Source: the human T2T-CHM13v2.0 reference genome, Homo sapiens. Taken from it: a stretch of DNA of 64,000 nt. The DNA lies in the NCBI RefSeq assembly GCF_009914755.1, contig NC_060947.1, one strand, 5' to 3'. Below, one piece after another: positions 48,421 through 64,000 of this stretch (within the stretch, counting starts at the first letter, position 1; each line of letters opens with the position of its first letter). The notes under the pieces were generated by a model. The model had not been told where the DNA came from. It worked only from the letters and a program-made list of their open reading frames with translations, and searched no databases. The translations under genes were made by a program, and so were the position numbers.

Positions 48421-49407
48421 TTTTTATTTAAAGTTTTTGTTATTGCATAAAAATGTACATTATAGCAAAGTAAGAAATTATAATTACCTGTGATCCCACA
48501 ACCCCAAACTGCTGTTCTCATTTGTTTGCATATATTATCCCCCCATCTTAAGCAGTGGTTATCCATTAGGGGTGCATCTCAGAATCAGATGCCCAGGTCC
48601 TATCCCAGACTTATCCAATCAGAATTGTGGGGATGTGGCCCAGGCACACATATTTTTATAAAGCTCCACAAGTTATATCAATGTATACCCCTTGAAAGAG
48701 AATCTCAGTTCTAGAAAATACCATATTGTTTTTATAACCTTAGTTATATGTAGTGCTTTTATAACTCTTTGGTTTTTTATTTTAAAATAACCAAATAACA
48801 ATAATGACTTTTTGGATATAAAGTTCCATGAAATTTTAGCATTTGTTTGGAAATAATCAATTCATAAGAAATTGAAAAAAAGGACAAAGAGAGTCTGTAT
48901 ACCCTTCACCCTAGTTTATCCCGAAGATGACATCTGGCACAACTATAGTATAGTGTCATGGTCAGGAAATGGACTTTGTTATAATCCACAGACCTTGTTT
49001 AGATTTCAGCAGTTTTACATGCACTCATTTGGGGGTGTGTATAGTCTATTTGATCACATTTGTAAATAAATATTTAGTCTATTTGTTCACGTGTACATTT
49101 TGTAATCACTACCACAGTTAAGGTACAGAACTGTTCCATCGCCACAAGGATCCCTCATGCCACTTTTTGTTAGCCACAACCATCTCCCTCCCCTCTCCTT
49201 CCTGTCCCTGACAAATTATTTGTTTTCCATCTCTATAATTTTGTCATTTCATGAATGTTATATAAATGGAATCATACAGTGTATAGCCTTTTGAGCTTGA
49301 TGTTTACTACTCACCGTAATTCCCTTGAGATCCATCCAAGTTGTGTGTATGAATAGTTCATTCCTTTTTGTTGCTAAGTAGTATTCCATGGTACAGATGT
49401 ACCACGG

Positions 49408-49770
49408 TAATATGGTTTGGCTATGTCCACACCCAAATCTTATCTTGAATTATAGCTCCCATAATCCCCACGTGTTGTGGGAGGGACGCAGTGGGAGGTA
49501 AGTGCATCATGGGGGTGAGTTTTTCCCATATTGTTCTTGTCATAGTGGATATGTCTCACGAGATCAGATGGTTTTATAAAAGGCAGTTCTCCTGCACACA
49601 CTCTCTTGCCTGCCTCCGTGTAAGATGTGGCTTTGTTCCTCCTTCACCTTTTTCCATGATTGTGAGGCCTCCACAGCCATGTGGAGCTGTGAGTTCGTTA
49701 AACCTCTTTTCTTTATAAATTACCCAGTCTCAGGTATTTCTTCATAGATGTATGAAAATGGACTAATACA
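49408..49770 (+). mobile_element. THE1-type MaLR solo LTR
   Basis: 'atatggtttggctatgtccacacccaaatc..gactaataca', with a 5-bp TSD CACGG at 49403-49407 and 49771-49775. Confidence 0.9.
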
Positions 49771-50957
49771 CACGGTGTGTTTAACCATTCACCTATTGAA
49801 GGACATTTGGGTTGTTACTAGTTTTTGGCTATTAAGGATAAAATTACTATGAATATTTGCATACAGCTTTTTTGTGAATATAGTTTTTATTTCTCTGGGA
49901 TTAATACTGAAGAGTGTGACAGTTCTGTGAATTTTTAGCATATGTATTGATTTGTGTAACTGCCACTATGATTAGGAAATAGAACAGTTTGACTACGCCA
50001 TAAAAACTTCCTTATGTTATCCGTTTAGAGTCACACCCACCTTCCACCCCTAACTCCTGGAAACCACTAATCTATTCTCTATCTTTGCCTTTTCAAGAAT
50101 ATTGTATAAATGTTTGTGTTATATGTAACCTTATGAGACTGGCTTCTTTCATTCAGTATGATGCCTTTAAGATTTATTCAAGTTGTTGCAGATATCATTA
50201 GTTCATTCTTTTTATTGCTGAGTGGTATTCTATGGTTCGGATATATCACAGTTTATCCATTCTCCTGTGGAAGGGTATTTAGTTTGTTTCCAGTTTTTGA
50301 TGACTGTGAAAAGAACTGTACATTAATGTACAGGTTTTTATGTGAAGATATGTTTTAATTTCTAATGTCAGCACACAGGAGTGGGATCATTGGGACATAT
50401 GGTAAGTGTATGTTTAACTTAATTAGAAATTGCCACAGAGTGGCTGTACATCTTGCATTCTCACCTCCAATGCATGAGAGTTCTGGTTGCTCTGCATTCT
50501 TGTCAGCACTTGGTTTTGTTAGTACTTTATTTTAACCATCTAATAGGTGTATAGAGGAATCTCCTCATAGTTTTAATTTTTATTTCCTTAAGGGTTAATA
50601 ATGTTGACAACCATACTTGTCATGCATATATCCTCTTTGATGAAATGTCTATTCAAGTCTTTTGCCCAGTTATAAATAGGTAGTTCGTTTCCTTAGTGTC
50701 AAGTTACGAGAGTTCTTTATGTATTCTGGATACAAATCCTTTGTTGGATATGTGATTTATAAATATATCCTCTCAGTCTGTAGTTTTTCTTTCTCTTACC
50801 AGTGTCTTTCCCAGAGCAAAAGTTTTTAATTTTGATGAAGTCCAGTTTATCAATGCCTTCTTTATGGATTATACTTACTTCTAAGGACTCTTTGCCTAAA
50901 CCTAGGTCAGGAATATTCTGTCTCTCTCTCTCATGTGTATGTGTGTGTGTGTATTTA

Positions 50958-51354
<397 letters not shown>

Positions 51355-51661
51355 TAGTCCATTTTTAGTTAATTTTTGTATAAGGTGTGAGATTTAGGTC
51401 AAGGTTCTTTTTTTGCATATGAGTGTCTAATTGTTCTAATGCCACGTGTGGGAATTAAAAACTATACTTTCTTCATGGAATTGTTTTTGCACCTTGCTAA
51501 AAACAGTTTCTGTGGGTCTATACCAATATTCTGTTTCCTTTATCTCTGTGTCTCTTCCTTCACCAATATCACACTGTCTTTATTTCTGTAGTTTTATAGT
51601 TAGTCTTAAAACTGGGTATTGTGATATTTTCAACTCTATTCTTAAAAAAAAAAAAAAAACT

Positions 51662-51973
<312 letters not shown>

Positions 51974-52079
51974 CACCTGTTTTAGCTATTCTAGTTCCTT
52001 TGCCTTTCTATGTAAATTTTAGAATCAGATTATATCTTAAAAATATTTCTAGGAGTTTGATTGGAATTGAAATATATTT

Positions 52080-52647
52080 TGTGCAGAAAAGAGTTAAAAT
52101 AATAGGCCTGATACTGCTATCCCTAGAAAGGTCTGTTTGCAAGGTTGGCCCTTGGCTGGTAATCTGGAAACTTGGCCGGTAAGCAGTCCCCACACTGATA
52201 TAAAACTTCCCCGAATGTTAATTGTGGCTTACTGTGCTTAAACTCTTTATGCAAACAGTGTGGTTTAGGCTGAGCACCTGCTTTCCTTTTGGGAGTCTGG
52301 AACTTCAGAACATGCTAGGCACAGAGTGTTTACTTGACCAGTTCCCAATAAAATTTTGGGCACTGAGTGATAGTAAGCTTCCCTGGTAGACAACACTTTC
52401 CATGTGTTGTCACAACTCATTGCTAGAGGAATTAAGTGCATCCTGAAGTGACTACTGACAGGACTCTTGGAAGCTTGCTTGTGGCTTTTTCCAGATTTTG
52501 CCCCATGCTTCTTATCCCTTTGCTGATTTTGCTTTGTATCCTTTCACTGAAATAAATCATAGTCATGAGTATGACTATATGCTAAGTCCTATGAGCCATC
52601 CTAGGAAATCATTGTGCTTGAGGTGGTCTTAGGGAACCCCAATACAC
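52080..52647 (+). mobile_element. MER21-like solo LTR
   Basis: Starts 'tgtgcagaaaagagttaa..gcaaggttggcccttggctgg', contains AATAAA near 52551, and ends in ..ACA. Confidence 0.75.
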
Positions 52648-55032
52648 ATCTATAGGTGAGTTCAGATAGAATTGGCGCGTTACTATGTTGAATCTTCCAA
52701 CCTATGGTATGTCTCTCCATTTATTTAAATTTTCTTTGATTTATTTTTCTCATCATATAGATCCTATACATGTTTTGTTAGATTTATAAAAAATATTTTC
52801 TTCTCTTGAAGCTATTGTAAATTATGTTTTTTAAATTTAGCTTTCTATTTATACATTGCCAGTATGAAATATGGTTGATAGTTGTGTGTTGACCTTGTAT
52901 TCTGTGACTTTGCTAAAACTCAGGAGTTCTTTTTTTGTAGATTTCTTGGGGTTATCTACATAGATAATTGAATCATCTGCAAATGGGGACCGTTTTATTT
53001 CTTCCTTTCTAATCTCCATGCTTTTTATTTTATTTTCATGTTTTATTATACTGCCTGAGACTTCCATTATGATGTTGATATAGATGCAGTAAGAGTGGAC
53101 AGCATTGCCTTACTCCTGATCTTAGGAGGAAAGCATTGACTTTAACTATTAGTGTGATTTTAGCTGTAGGATTTTTGTAAACACCTTTGATCAGGTTGAG
53201 AAAGTTACTTTCTATTTCTAGTTTAATCCTGCGTAATATATTTTTTTATCATGAATAAATGTTGAACTTTGTCAAATGCTTTTTTCCTGCATCTATTGAT
53301 TTTTTTTTGTTTTAGCCTAATATAGTAAGTTAAATCAATTGATCTTCAAAAATGGGAGCAACGTTATTTTTATATTCCTGAGATAAACCCCATTTTGTCC
53401 TGGTATATTTTTCTTTTTAGGTATTGCTGTATTTGATTTGCTAATATTTTGTTGAGGATTTTTACATCTATGTTTATGATGGATGTCGGGATGTTGGTCT
53501 GTAGTGTTCTGATTGGGTTTTTTGTTTGTTTGTTTTTTGTTCTGGTATCAGAATAATAGTGATCTTGTAAAATAAGTTGGGAATTATCCCCAACCCTTCT
53601 GTTTTCTGGAAGGGATGTGTAGAATTGATGTTATTTCTTCTTTAAATGTTGGTAGAATTTGCAAGCGAAAACATTGGAGCCTGGAGAGTTTTTCCCAAAA
53701 GGTTTTCAGTGAAGAATATCATTTCTTTAATATTTATAAGGTTATTTAAGTTATCTATTTCATATTGGGTGACTTTTGGTAGTTTGTGGTTTTCAAGGAG
53801 TTGGTCCCTTCCGTCTAAGCTGTCAAATTTATGTGCATAGAGTTTTTCATAGTGTTCCCTCTTTCATTCCTGATACTGGTAATTTGTGTCTTCTCTTGTT
53901 TTGTTTATCAGTCTTGCTAGAGGTTTATTAATTTTATTCATCTTTCCAAAGAGCCAGATTTTGGTTTCATCCATTTTTCTTTATTTTTCTGTTTTTAGTA
54001 TTCTTCATATCTGCTCTAATTTTTATAATTTTATAATTTTTATAATTTTATAACTATTTAAAAAATAGTTTTCTTTCTTCTTGCTTATGGTTTAATTTCT
54101 TTATTATCCATGGTGATTTTCTGTGTAATAATTCTGTTACTGAGAGAGGAGTACTGAAGTCTTCAACTATAATTGTGGATTTGTCTATTTCTAAGTTTTG
54201 TCATTTTTTGCTTTGTGTTTTTTGAAGTTCTGTTGTTAGGAACATACACATTTAGGATTATTATATCTTCTTTATATTTATTTCTGACTTTTTCTTCATA
54301 TAACAATGGTTATATGATTGCAATCATCTTTCCAGTCAAACTGATGTATTTCTATATCCATTTTATTTGCAGTATGGTATTTCTCTTCTATCATACCCAT
54401 CCTGCTATTAATGGACATTTAGGTTATTTTCAAATATTGCTCTTTGAAATAACCCTGTAGTGAATATACATAAATGTGCATTTTTTAACAATTTTACTAT
54501 TGTTTCTCCGGACCAAATGACTAGGAATAGGATTATTAGATCAAAAGATGCACATGAAAAATTTTTGTACATGTTGACAGCTATCCTTCTGAAATGTCAT
54601 GACCATTTATGCTTTTACCATTACTGAATGAAAATGCTTATTTTCCCATAATCTTATCAACAAAAGAAGTTATATTTTTTACCATCTGATAAGTGAAAAA
54701 TTTTAATGTGTTATTTTAGTTAGCTGTACAGAAGCACTGGCATTTTAAGTAGTCAAGTTTATCAGTTCTTATAACTTTAAGATTTGTTTCTTGCTTAGGA
54801 AAGTCATTAGTCCAGAATTATATAACTATTTCTACAAAATTTTTTCTAGAATATTTATAGTTTCATTTCTACTTTTAAATCCTTAGTCTATTGGGTGTCA
54901 GAATCTAAACAACTTTCTCCAATGATTATCCAGTTATTCTAACACCATTTATTTTCATTATACACTGGTTTGAAATGACACCTTTATCATAATACTTCAG
55001 TTTGTAGTCTTTCCAATTCTCTTCCATTGATC

Positions 55033-55125
55033 TATTTGTCTACTCTAACATCAGTAGTATACTGTTTTTATTATATATTATTTGTCTACTCTAACATCAG
55101 TAGCATGCTGTTTTATTATTATATT
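55033..55125. repeat. 46-bp tandem duplication
   Basis: 'tatttgtctactctaacatcagtag' at 55033 and 55079. Confidence 0.85.
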
Positions 55126-55472
55126 ATTATGGCTTTGTAATACATTTATTGCCTCTTTACTCATCTTTTATAAAATATTCCTGGTTGTTCTTGCACATTA
55201 ATTCTTCCAGGTGAGCTGTAGAATAATTTTGTCGAGTTTTCAAAAATAGCCCATTAGGATTAATTCAGGAAAAATTCACAGACTTTATAATGTCGAACTT
55301 ACTAAGCCAGTTATGTTGTGTCTATTTACTTCCCAGGTCTTTTACAATTTCAATTTTTAAAAAATTTTCTTCATATTGGTCTCACTAACTTAAAAATGTT
55401 TTTCTTGAGTATTGAGAATTTTTTAAATGTTATGAGTGTTATCCTTTTTCCCTTTTAAAATTTATTGCTAGT

Positions 55473-57000
<1,528 letters not shown>

Positions 57001-57439
57001 AAAATTTATTACTAGTATATTGGGAAACAGTTGATTTTTTAATGTATTTTATGTTCATCTACTTTGCTGAAGTTAGTCATGATTCATTTAATTTACTCTT
57101 GCACTTGATATGCTTATACTTTATTTACAATTTTTGCATCTTTGCTCATAAATCAGATTCCTTTTTAAGTTTCTGTTGAAGGATGCTGTCATTATTAAGT
57201 GTGGTAAAGATTTAATAAAGGTCTTTATAAAGGATTACTCTAGCTTTTTAACATAATTAGGGAAATTTTCTGGCAGTACTAAATTTAACACAGGAATTGT
57301 ATTTTCCTTGAAGAACTTGTCCATGAACCCATCAATATATAGTGCCATTTTTGTGTGTGATTCTTTGAGAAATTTTTATAATAACAATGGCTATTGGCCT
57401 AGTAAGGTTTTCTTGCCCTTCTTGAGTCATTTTTGTAGT

Positions 57440-57776
<337 letters not shown>

Positions 57777-58699
57777 TTGTAGTTTATATTTTCCTAAAAA
57801 TGTATCCATTTCTTGGATATATTGTTATTATCATAGATTGTACATAATATCATTTTATAACCCTTTATAATGATTTCTTTTCTCACTCATTGCGTGATGT
57901 GTTATCTTCCTCACATGTGCTTGCATTCATATCTACATATTCTTTTCTTCAATTTTCCTCACAAGCAGTTTTTTAAAAATCCTCTTTGTCTTTTCAAAGA
58001 ACCAGCTCATGGGTAAATATATACCTTTTCTGTTTTAAAAATTCATTTAACATCTGCTTTTATTTTTATTTTATTCTTGTTTTGCTAAGGTTTATTTTGT
58101 TGTTTTCCCTGGCTGCTTGAATTGAATGCTTAGTCTGTTTTAATTATTCTTGACTTCATAACAAAAGATTCAAAGCTATACATTTTCTTCTAAGTATAGT
58201 TCTGAGTATATCCAATTAATTTTGAAAAATAGTGTTGTAGCTATCTTGATTTTTCTCAATAATCTGCAGTTGCAATTTTTATTTCCTCTTCGACCCTGTT
58301 TTTTGTTGTTTTTTTAGTGCTTAACATTTTAAAAATATTTCCTTTTCTTTGATTTATCCTTTTATTATAAATTTCTAGAGGTATTTCATTGTGTATTGAA
58401 AATGTGACCTGAATGATAATTTCTTTCTTAAAGTTAATAAGGTTTTCTTCATGGTTTCAGGTATAATAAGTTTGTATAAATGATTCACTGAAGAACTGTA
58501 TTCTCTATAGGGTACAATGATCATTATATCAATTTTGGCTTAATAATTATATAATTTATATGCTAATTTATTTTTTCTAATTTATCAAAGCCTAAGAGCA
58601 GTATGGTAACTACCCACAAATATTATTGTTTAGTTAATTTCTCCTGGCATTTCTTCACCTCTGCCATCCTACCTTAACTTCCTTGACTTATACAATATT

Positions 58700-59167
58700 T
58701 TAACTGAAAAATTCCAAAAAGGAATTTTGAGGAAAGAGACTTTATTCCAGTGAACAGTTTGCAAACTAGGAGATACCAGCCTTCAGTGTAAAACAAAGGT
58801 GTGCTCCTGAGAAAAAAAATTAAGGGTTTAGGTTTTCCAGCAAAGGTTCACACCAAGGTTGCCAATCTGGTCTATTTATGCAAATGAAAAATTCAAACTT
58901 GCTTAGTTCTGATTGGTAGATGGTATACATAGCTGAGTTCTGATTGGTTGATACAGTGGAACCTTCATTGGCTGGTACAGCTGAACCCTGATTGGCCAAG
59001 GCAAGTGAACTCCGAAAACCTCAAAATTTAAAAAGTGTGGGTTTTCCACAGACCTCTGAGCACCTATGTGACCTCTAGTCAGCAAATGGTCACTTGACTG
59101 TATTTTAAATTTAGGCCCAGGTAGCTACTGAGGATCCATCCTGAAGGATTGGCTGTTTCTGGTTTAC
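58700..59167 (-). mobile_element. ERV1-class solo LTR (MER31/MER67-like, tentative)
   Basis: Reverse AATAAA at 58741-58746, an ATTGG cluster, and the right end ..tttaca (TGT on the minus strand). Confidence 0.55.
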
Positions 59168-61189
59168 ATTTGTTCACTGTGTATATGTGCAAATGTTCAT
59201 ATATATGTGTGTGTGTGTTTGTGTGTGTGTACATAATAACCCTTTTCTCCTAACTCTGTGGGGTAACAACTATAAATTGTTTAGGGTGTATCCTTACAGA
59301 TCCTTTATTATATGTCTCATCACTTTTTTAAAGTTTTTTTTTTATTATCCTTTCTTTTAAAATCCTAAGTTATATGAGCAATACATGAAATATAGCTTTT
59401 AATGGGTGTGGGTTATATGATATTTTTGTTGTATGAATAATATGAATAGGTTATGCTGTACACATTGCTTTGCACCTTGATTTTTAGGAATAAGTCTTAG
59501 TCATCTTTCCATATAAGTATAGATCTATGACATTCTTTTAAACTGCAGCATGATATCCTTTTATGTGAATATAGTGTTTATTTTGTTAACCAACTCTTTT
59601 GATAGACCTGGTCTGTTAATTTCCCCTCAAGTAAGCTGAGATAATTTGCATATTTTAGTTCATTCCTTCTTCTGATTTTAGTTAAAATAGTCTAGGGTTT
59701 TAGATCCAGATTATATGTAATATATTGTCTTCCCTATGGATAATTATTTTTGACATTTCTAGATGTGAGCCTGTTTTCCTTAATTTTGTCTGGTATATTG
59801 TGAGTCCTTTCAGTCTAAAAGTTCATTATTTCTTTGACTCAGATAAATTTTTATCTTTTATTTTTTGACATTATTACCCGTCTTCCTTTTCTCTTCGTGT
59901 GTGTATGTGTGTCTCCAGAATTTATTCCCTCAAGTTTTTATTCATTATCTTCAACTTTCTTTTATCTCTTAATTCTGGGAGAATTTCTTAAGATAGCCTT
60001 TGGAATAATTGATTTGGTTTTGGCAGTATCTAATATGCTGTTCACTGCCTCTGTTACATTGCTTAAATTAGTTCTTTTTTTCATCAGAAATCAGTCTTTC
60101 TGGATTCCAGAATGTCGTCTTTTCATAGATTCAGTGTCCTCTCAGACCTTGTTGAGGGTGTACTCTTTAAAAGTATATTTCAGTTCTTTGGAGCAAAAAG
60201 ATTGCATAAATAGACACTTACTCTGATTCTTCAGGATTTTTCTCCTTTAAAAATTACTTGTTCTTTTTTCATACATCTGGTTGATTTTCTCTGTTTGTAT
60301 TTGTAGAAGGTGATCTTTGAGTTTTGGAATTTGAGGCAGATTTTATCAGATTTGTCTCCTAGTTCAAGACTACGAGTACTCTTTATATGTTCTATAGTTT
60401 TGATTTATTTGTTACTTTCCTTTTGTTTCTTCTTACCCATCTCTAGACAGGGAAAGCAGTTGTTTCTGAAGAATTGGAAGAGTGTTCTAACCAGAAGCAC
60501 TTGTGAGGAAAGGAGAGAATCTTGCTAATGTGCTGAGGGACTTCTTGTCCATATTTGTTGTAGCTGCTTTAAATTACCTGGAGCACTGCCCCTATTTTCT
60601 GACCAGCACAAAGACCCTTGTTTGGAGCCTGATGCTGAGAGGGCTGAAAACCATATCATGTGAAGAATAGTTAGAGGAAGTCAAGTTATTTGTTCTAGAA
60701 TGGGAAAGATTTATAGGAGACATAATAACTATCTTCAGTAGTTAAAGGGCTGTCACAAGAAGGATTAGACTTGTTCTATGTGTTTCCAAGTGGTAGAATT
60801 ATGTTAGAAGGGTATCATCTTACATTCAAGGAAGGAGAATTGCTATAACTGACACAGCTTGTGTTTTAAATATTTATTGACTCTAGATTTCGACCATTCA
60901 TTCAGATATAATCCACACACTTTGATGTTACCACTTGATACCAACACGCATGAATGCATGCATAAGTGGCCAAGTGCCTATGTGAGGTACTAGGAGGCTA
61001 TGCAAGCACTAGCTATGGCATTTGCTCACAGAGGCATTATCCTTAGAGAACTGCTGCTTTCTATTCCTATCCTCTTTTTATTTTTCATAATCACCTTACT
61101 GTAATTTCTTGATACTTAACGTGGTAGTCATTACTTTTCACATGCATGAGCTCGTCCCATCCCTTTCTCTTGACATTCCTTTAGACAGT

Positions 61190-61655
61190 GTGATAGGCAG
61201 AAGAAAAAGTCCATTTTCTAATCCATAGAACCTGTACATATGTTACCTTATCTAGTAAAGGGGAATTAAGGTAGCAGATGGAATTAAGGTTGCTATCAGC
61301 TTAATTTAAGATATGCAATTATCCTCGATTACCCAAGTGGGCCCAATGTAATCACAAGGATACTTAAATATAGAAAAGGGAGGCAGAGAGTGATACAATG
61401 TGAGAACAACTTGGCTGGCTATTGCTGGCTTTGAAGGTGGAAGGGCCCACAAAACAAGGAATGCAGGCTGCCTCTAGAAGCTAGAAAAAAAAGAAAATTG
61501 ATTCTTTACTAGAACCTCCAGAAAGCAACACAGCCTTGATGACACCTTGATTTTTAACCCAGTGAGACTCATTTTGGCCTTCTGGCCTCTAGATCTGTAA
61601 TATAAAGAATTGGTGTTGTTGTAAGGCATTATGTTTGTGGTAATTTATTATAGTA
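61190..61655 (+). mobile_element. MLT1-type MaLR LTR
   Basis: 'gggaattaaggtagcagatggaattaaggttgcta..gcccaatgtaatcacaagg..ctagaacctccagaaag'. Confidence 0.8.
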
Positions 61656-61656
61656 C

Positions 61657-63429
61657 TGTGTTAGATCATTGTCACATTGCTATAAAGAAATACTTGAGAC
61701 CGGGTAATGTATTTAAACAAAAAAGAAGTTTAATTGGCTCACAGTTCTGCAGGCTGTGTAAGCATGATGCTGGCATCTGCTCAGCTTCTGGGGAGGCCTC
61801 ATGGAGATTTTTACTCATTGCAGAAGGTGAAGCAGGAGGAAGCACATCACATGGCGAAAGCAGGAACAAGTGGGGGAAGTGCCATACACTTTTAAACAAC
61901 CAGATTTTGCAAGAACTCACTATGATGAGGACAGCACCAAGCCATGAGGGATCTGTCCTCATGACCCAAACACCTCCCACCAGGCCCCACCTCCAACACT
62001 GGGGATTACAATTCACCATGAAATTTAGAGGGGACAACATCCAAACTATATCATTTCACCCCTGGCCCCTCAAATTTCACATTCTTCTCACATTGTAAAT
62101 TACAATCATCCCCTACCAATAGTCCCCCCAAATCTTAACTCATTCCAGCATCAAGTCCAAAGTCTTATCTGAGACAAGGCAAGTTCCTTTTACCTATGAA
62201 CCTATAAAATCAAAACAAGTTATTTACTTCCAAGATACAATGGAGGTACAGGTATTGGGTAAATACTCCCATTCCAAAAGGGAGAATGAACGAAAGGGGC
62301 TATAGGCCCCCACATAAGTCTGAAACCCAGTAGGGTTTAAATCTCAAGCCGTGTCATTTAATCTTAAATGTATTAAAGTCATTACATCTTGAAGCTCCAA
62401 AACAATCTCCTTTGACTCCGTGTTCCACATGCAGGGCACACTGCTGCAAGGGGTGGGCTCCTAAGGCTTTGGGCAGCTCTGCCCCTGTGACTTTATGGGG
62501 TTCAGCCCCGGTAGCTTCTCTCATGGGCTGGAGTTGAGTTCCTGTGGCTTTTCTAGGCTCAGGATGCAAGCTGCCCATGGCTCTACAATTCTGGGGTCTG
62601 GAGGATGGTGGCCCCCTTCCCATAGCTCCACTAGGCAGTATCCCACTGCCTAGTGGGACTCCAGAGTGGGGACTCTAGTGAGGGGGTTCAACCCCATATT
62701 TCCCTTCCAAACTGCCCTCATAAAGGTTCTCTGTGGGGGTTCCACCCCTGCAGCAGGATTCAGCCTGGACATCCAGGTTTTTCCATACATCCTCTGAAAT
62801 CTAGGTGGAGGGTGCCAAGCCTCCTTCACTCTTGCACTCTGTGTGCCTACAGACTTAACACCACATGGAAGCTGCCAGGGCTTATGGCTTGCACCCTCTG
62901 GAGCAGCAGGCCTAAGTAACTGGGCCCCTTTGGGCCCCTTTGAACTGCAGCTGGAGCTTCAGGGATGCGGGGAGCAGTGTCCTGAGTCTGCACATGGAAG
63001 CAGCCCCCCACTCACCCTCCTAGGCCTCTGGGTCTGTGATGGAAGGGGCTGCCTTGAATATCTCTGAAATGCTTTAAATGCCTTTTTCCCATTGTCCTGG
63101 CTATTAGCACTTGGCTCCTTTTTAGTTATATAAATCTCTCTAGCCAGTGGTTGTTCCTAAGCCTGCTTGGATTCTTTCCCTGAAAACAGTATTTTCTTTT
63201 CTACCACATGACCAGGCTGCACATTTTCCAAACTTCTGCACTCTGCTTCCTCTTTAAATATAAACTCCCAACTTTAAGTGATTTATTTGCTCCTGCATCT
63301 GAGTGTAGGCTTTTAGAAGCAGGCAGGCCCCATCTTGAACACTTTTCTGCTTAGAAATTTATTCTGCCAGGTATCCTAGGTTGTTACTTTAGGTTCAAAC
63401 TTCCACAGATCCCTAGAGCATGGACACAA
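61657..63429 (-). mobile_element. MST-type MaLR LTR (to ~62053) plus internal sequence
   Basis: 'cattgctataaagaaatacttgagac..tttaattggctcacagttctgcaggctg..atccaaactatatca', followed by MaLR-internal sequence. Confidence 0.85.
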
Positions 63430-64000
63430 TGTAGCAGGACGAGTCGCAGACAAGAACCCCTCGGACACCGAGTTGTGGAAGGAAAGGGCTTTATTCAGCT
63501 GGGAGCATCAGTGGACTCAGGTGTCCAAAAACCGAGCTCCCTGAGTGAGCAATTCCTGTCCCTTTTAAAGGCTTACAACTCTAAGGGGGTCTGCATGAGA
63601 GGGTCGTGATCGATTGAGCAAGCAGTGGGTACATGACTTGGGGCTGCATACACCAGTAATCAGAATGGAACGGAACAGGACAGGGATTTTCACAGTGCTT
63701 TTCCATACAATGTCTGGTATCTATAGATAATATAACCGTTTAGGTCAGGGGTCAATTTTTAACTACCAGGCCTGGAATGCAGCGCCAGACTGTCTGACTA
63801 CTGATTTCACTTCTGCCTTTAACTCCTACTTTTCCTTTGAGGCAGAAATTGGTCATAAGACAATATGAGGGGTAGTCTCCTCCCTTACTACCCACCCCTT
63901 TGAGAACCTCACTCATTAGTGGGAGTTCTCACTTTCTTCCTCACTACCTACGTCTTCTTGCAAGACAGATCGATAGTGATTCATATAGAACACTTGTGCT
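63430..64000 (-). mobile_element. LTR6-like (HERV-S71) LTR inserted into the MaLR internal region
   Basis: 'tgtagcaggacgagtcgcagacaagaacccctcggacaccgagtt..gggctttattcagctgggagc'. Confidence 0.7.

Overview
Primate (almost certainly human) X-chromosome DNA containing the 5' two-thirds of the cyclin B3 gene, CCNB3, on the + strand. It holds a CpG/CCAAT-rich putative promoter (~14.5-15.0 kb), a probable 5'UTR exon, and six GT-AG coding exons (CE1-CE6, 1172 codons). These include the D-box exon, a 2992-bp repeat-built exon, and the start of the cyclin box (MRAIL). The rest is mostly transposon-derived: a full-length antisense L1PA with a 16-bp TSD, other L1s, ten Alus, MER1A, MaLR/ERV LTRs and MIR/L2/CR1 fragments, plus a ~8.1-kb modular AT-rich array upstream. 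The best new lead is the antisense L1 in the intron before the giant exon. It keeps an open ORF0 whose splice donor is exactly in phase with that exon, so it could drive a D-box-less ORF0-cyclin B3 chimera. This is inferred from sequence only. Other leads are a ~280-bp direct repeat bracketing CE3, a stop codon created at an exon-skip junction, two fold-back hairpins and inverted L1 pairs. Repeat subfamily names and gene identity are from recognition, not a database search.
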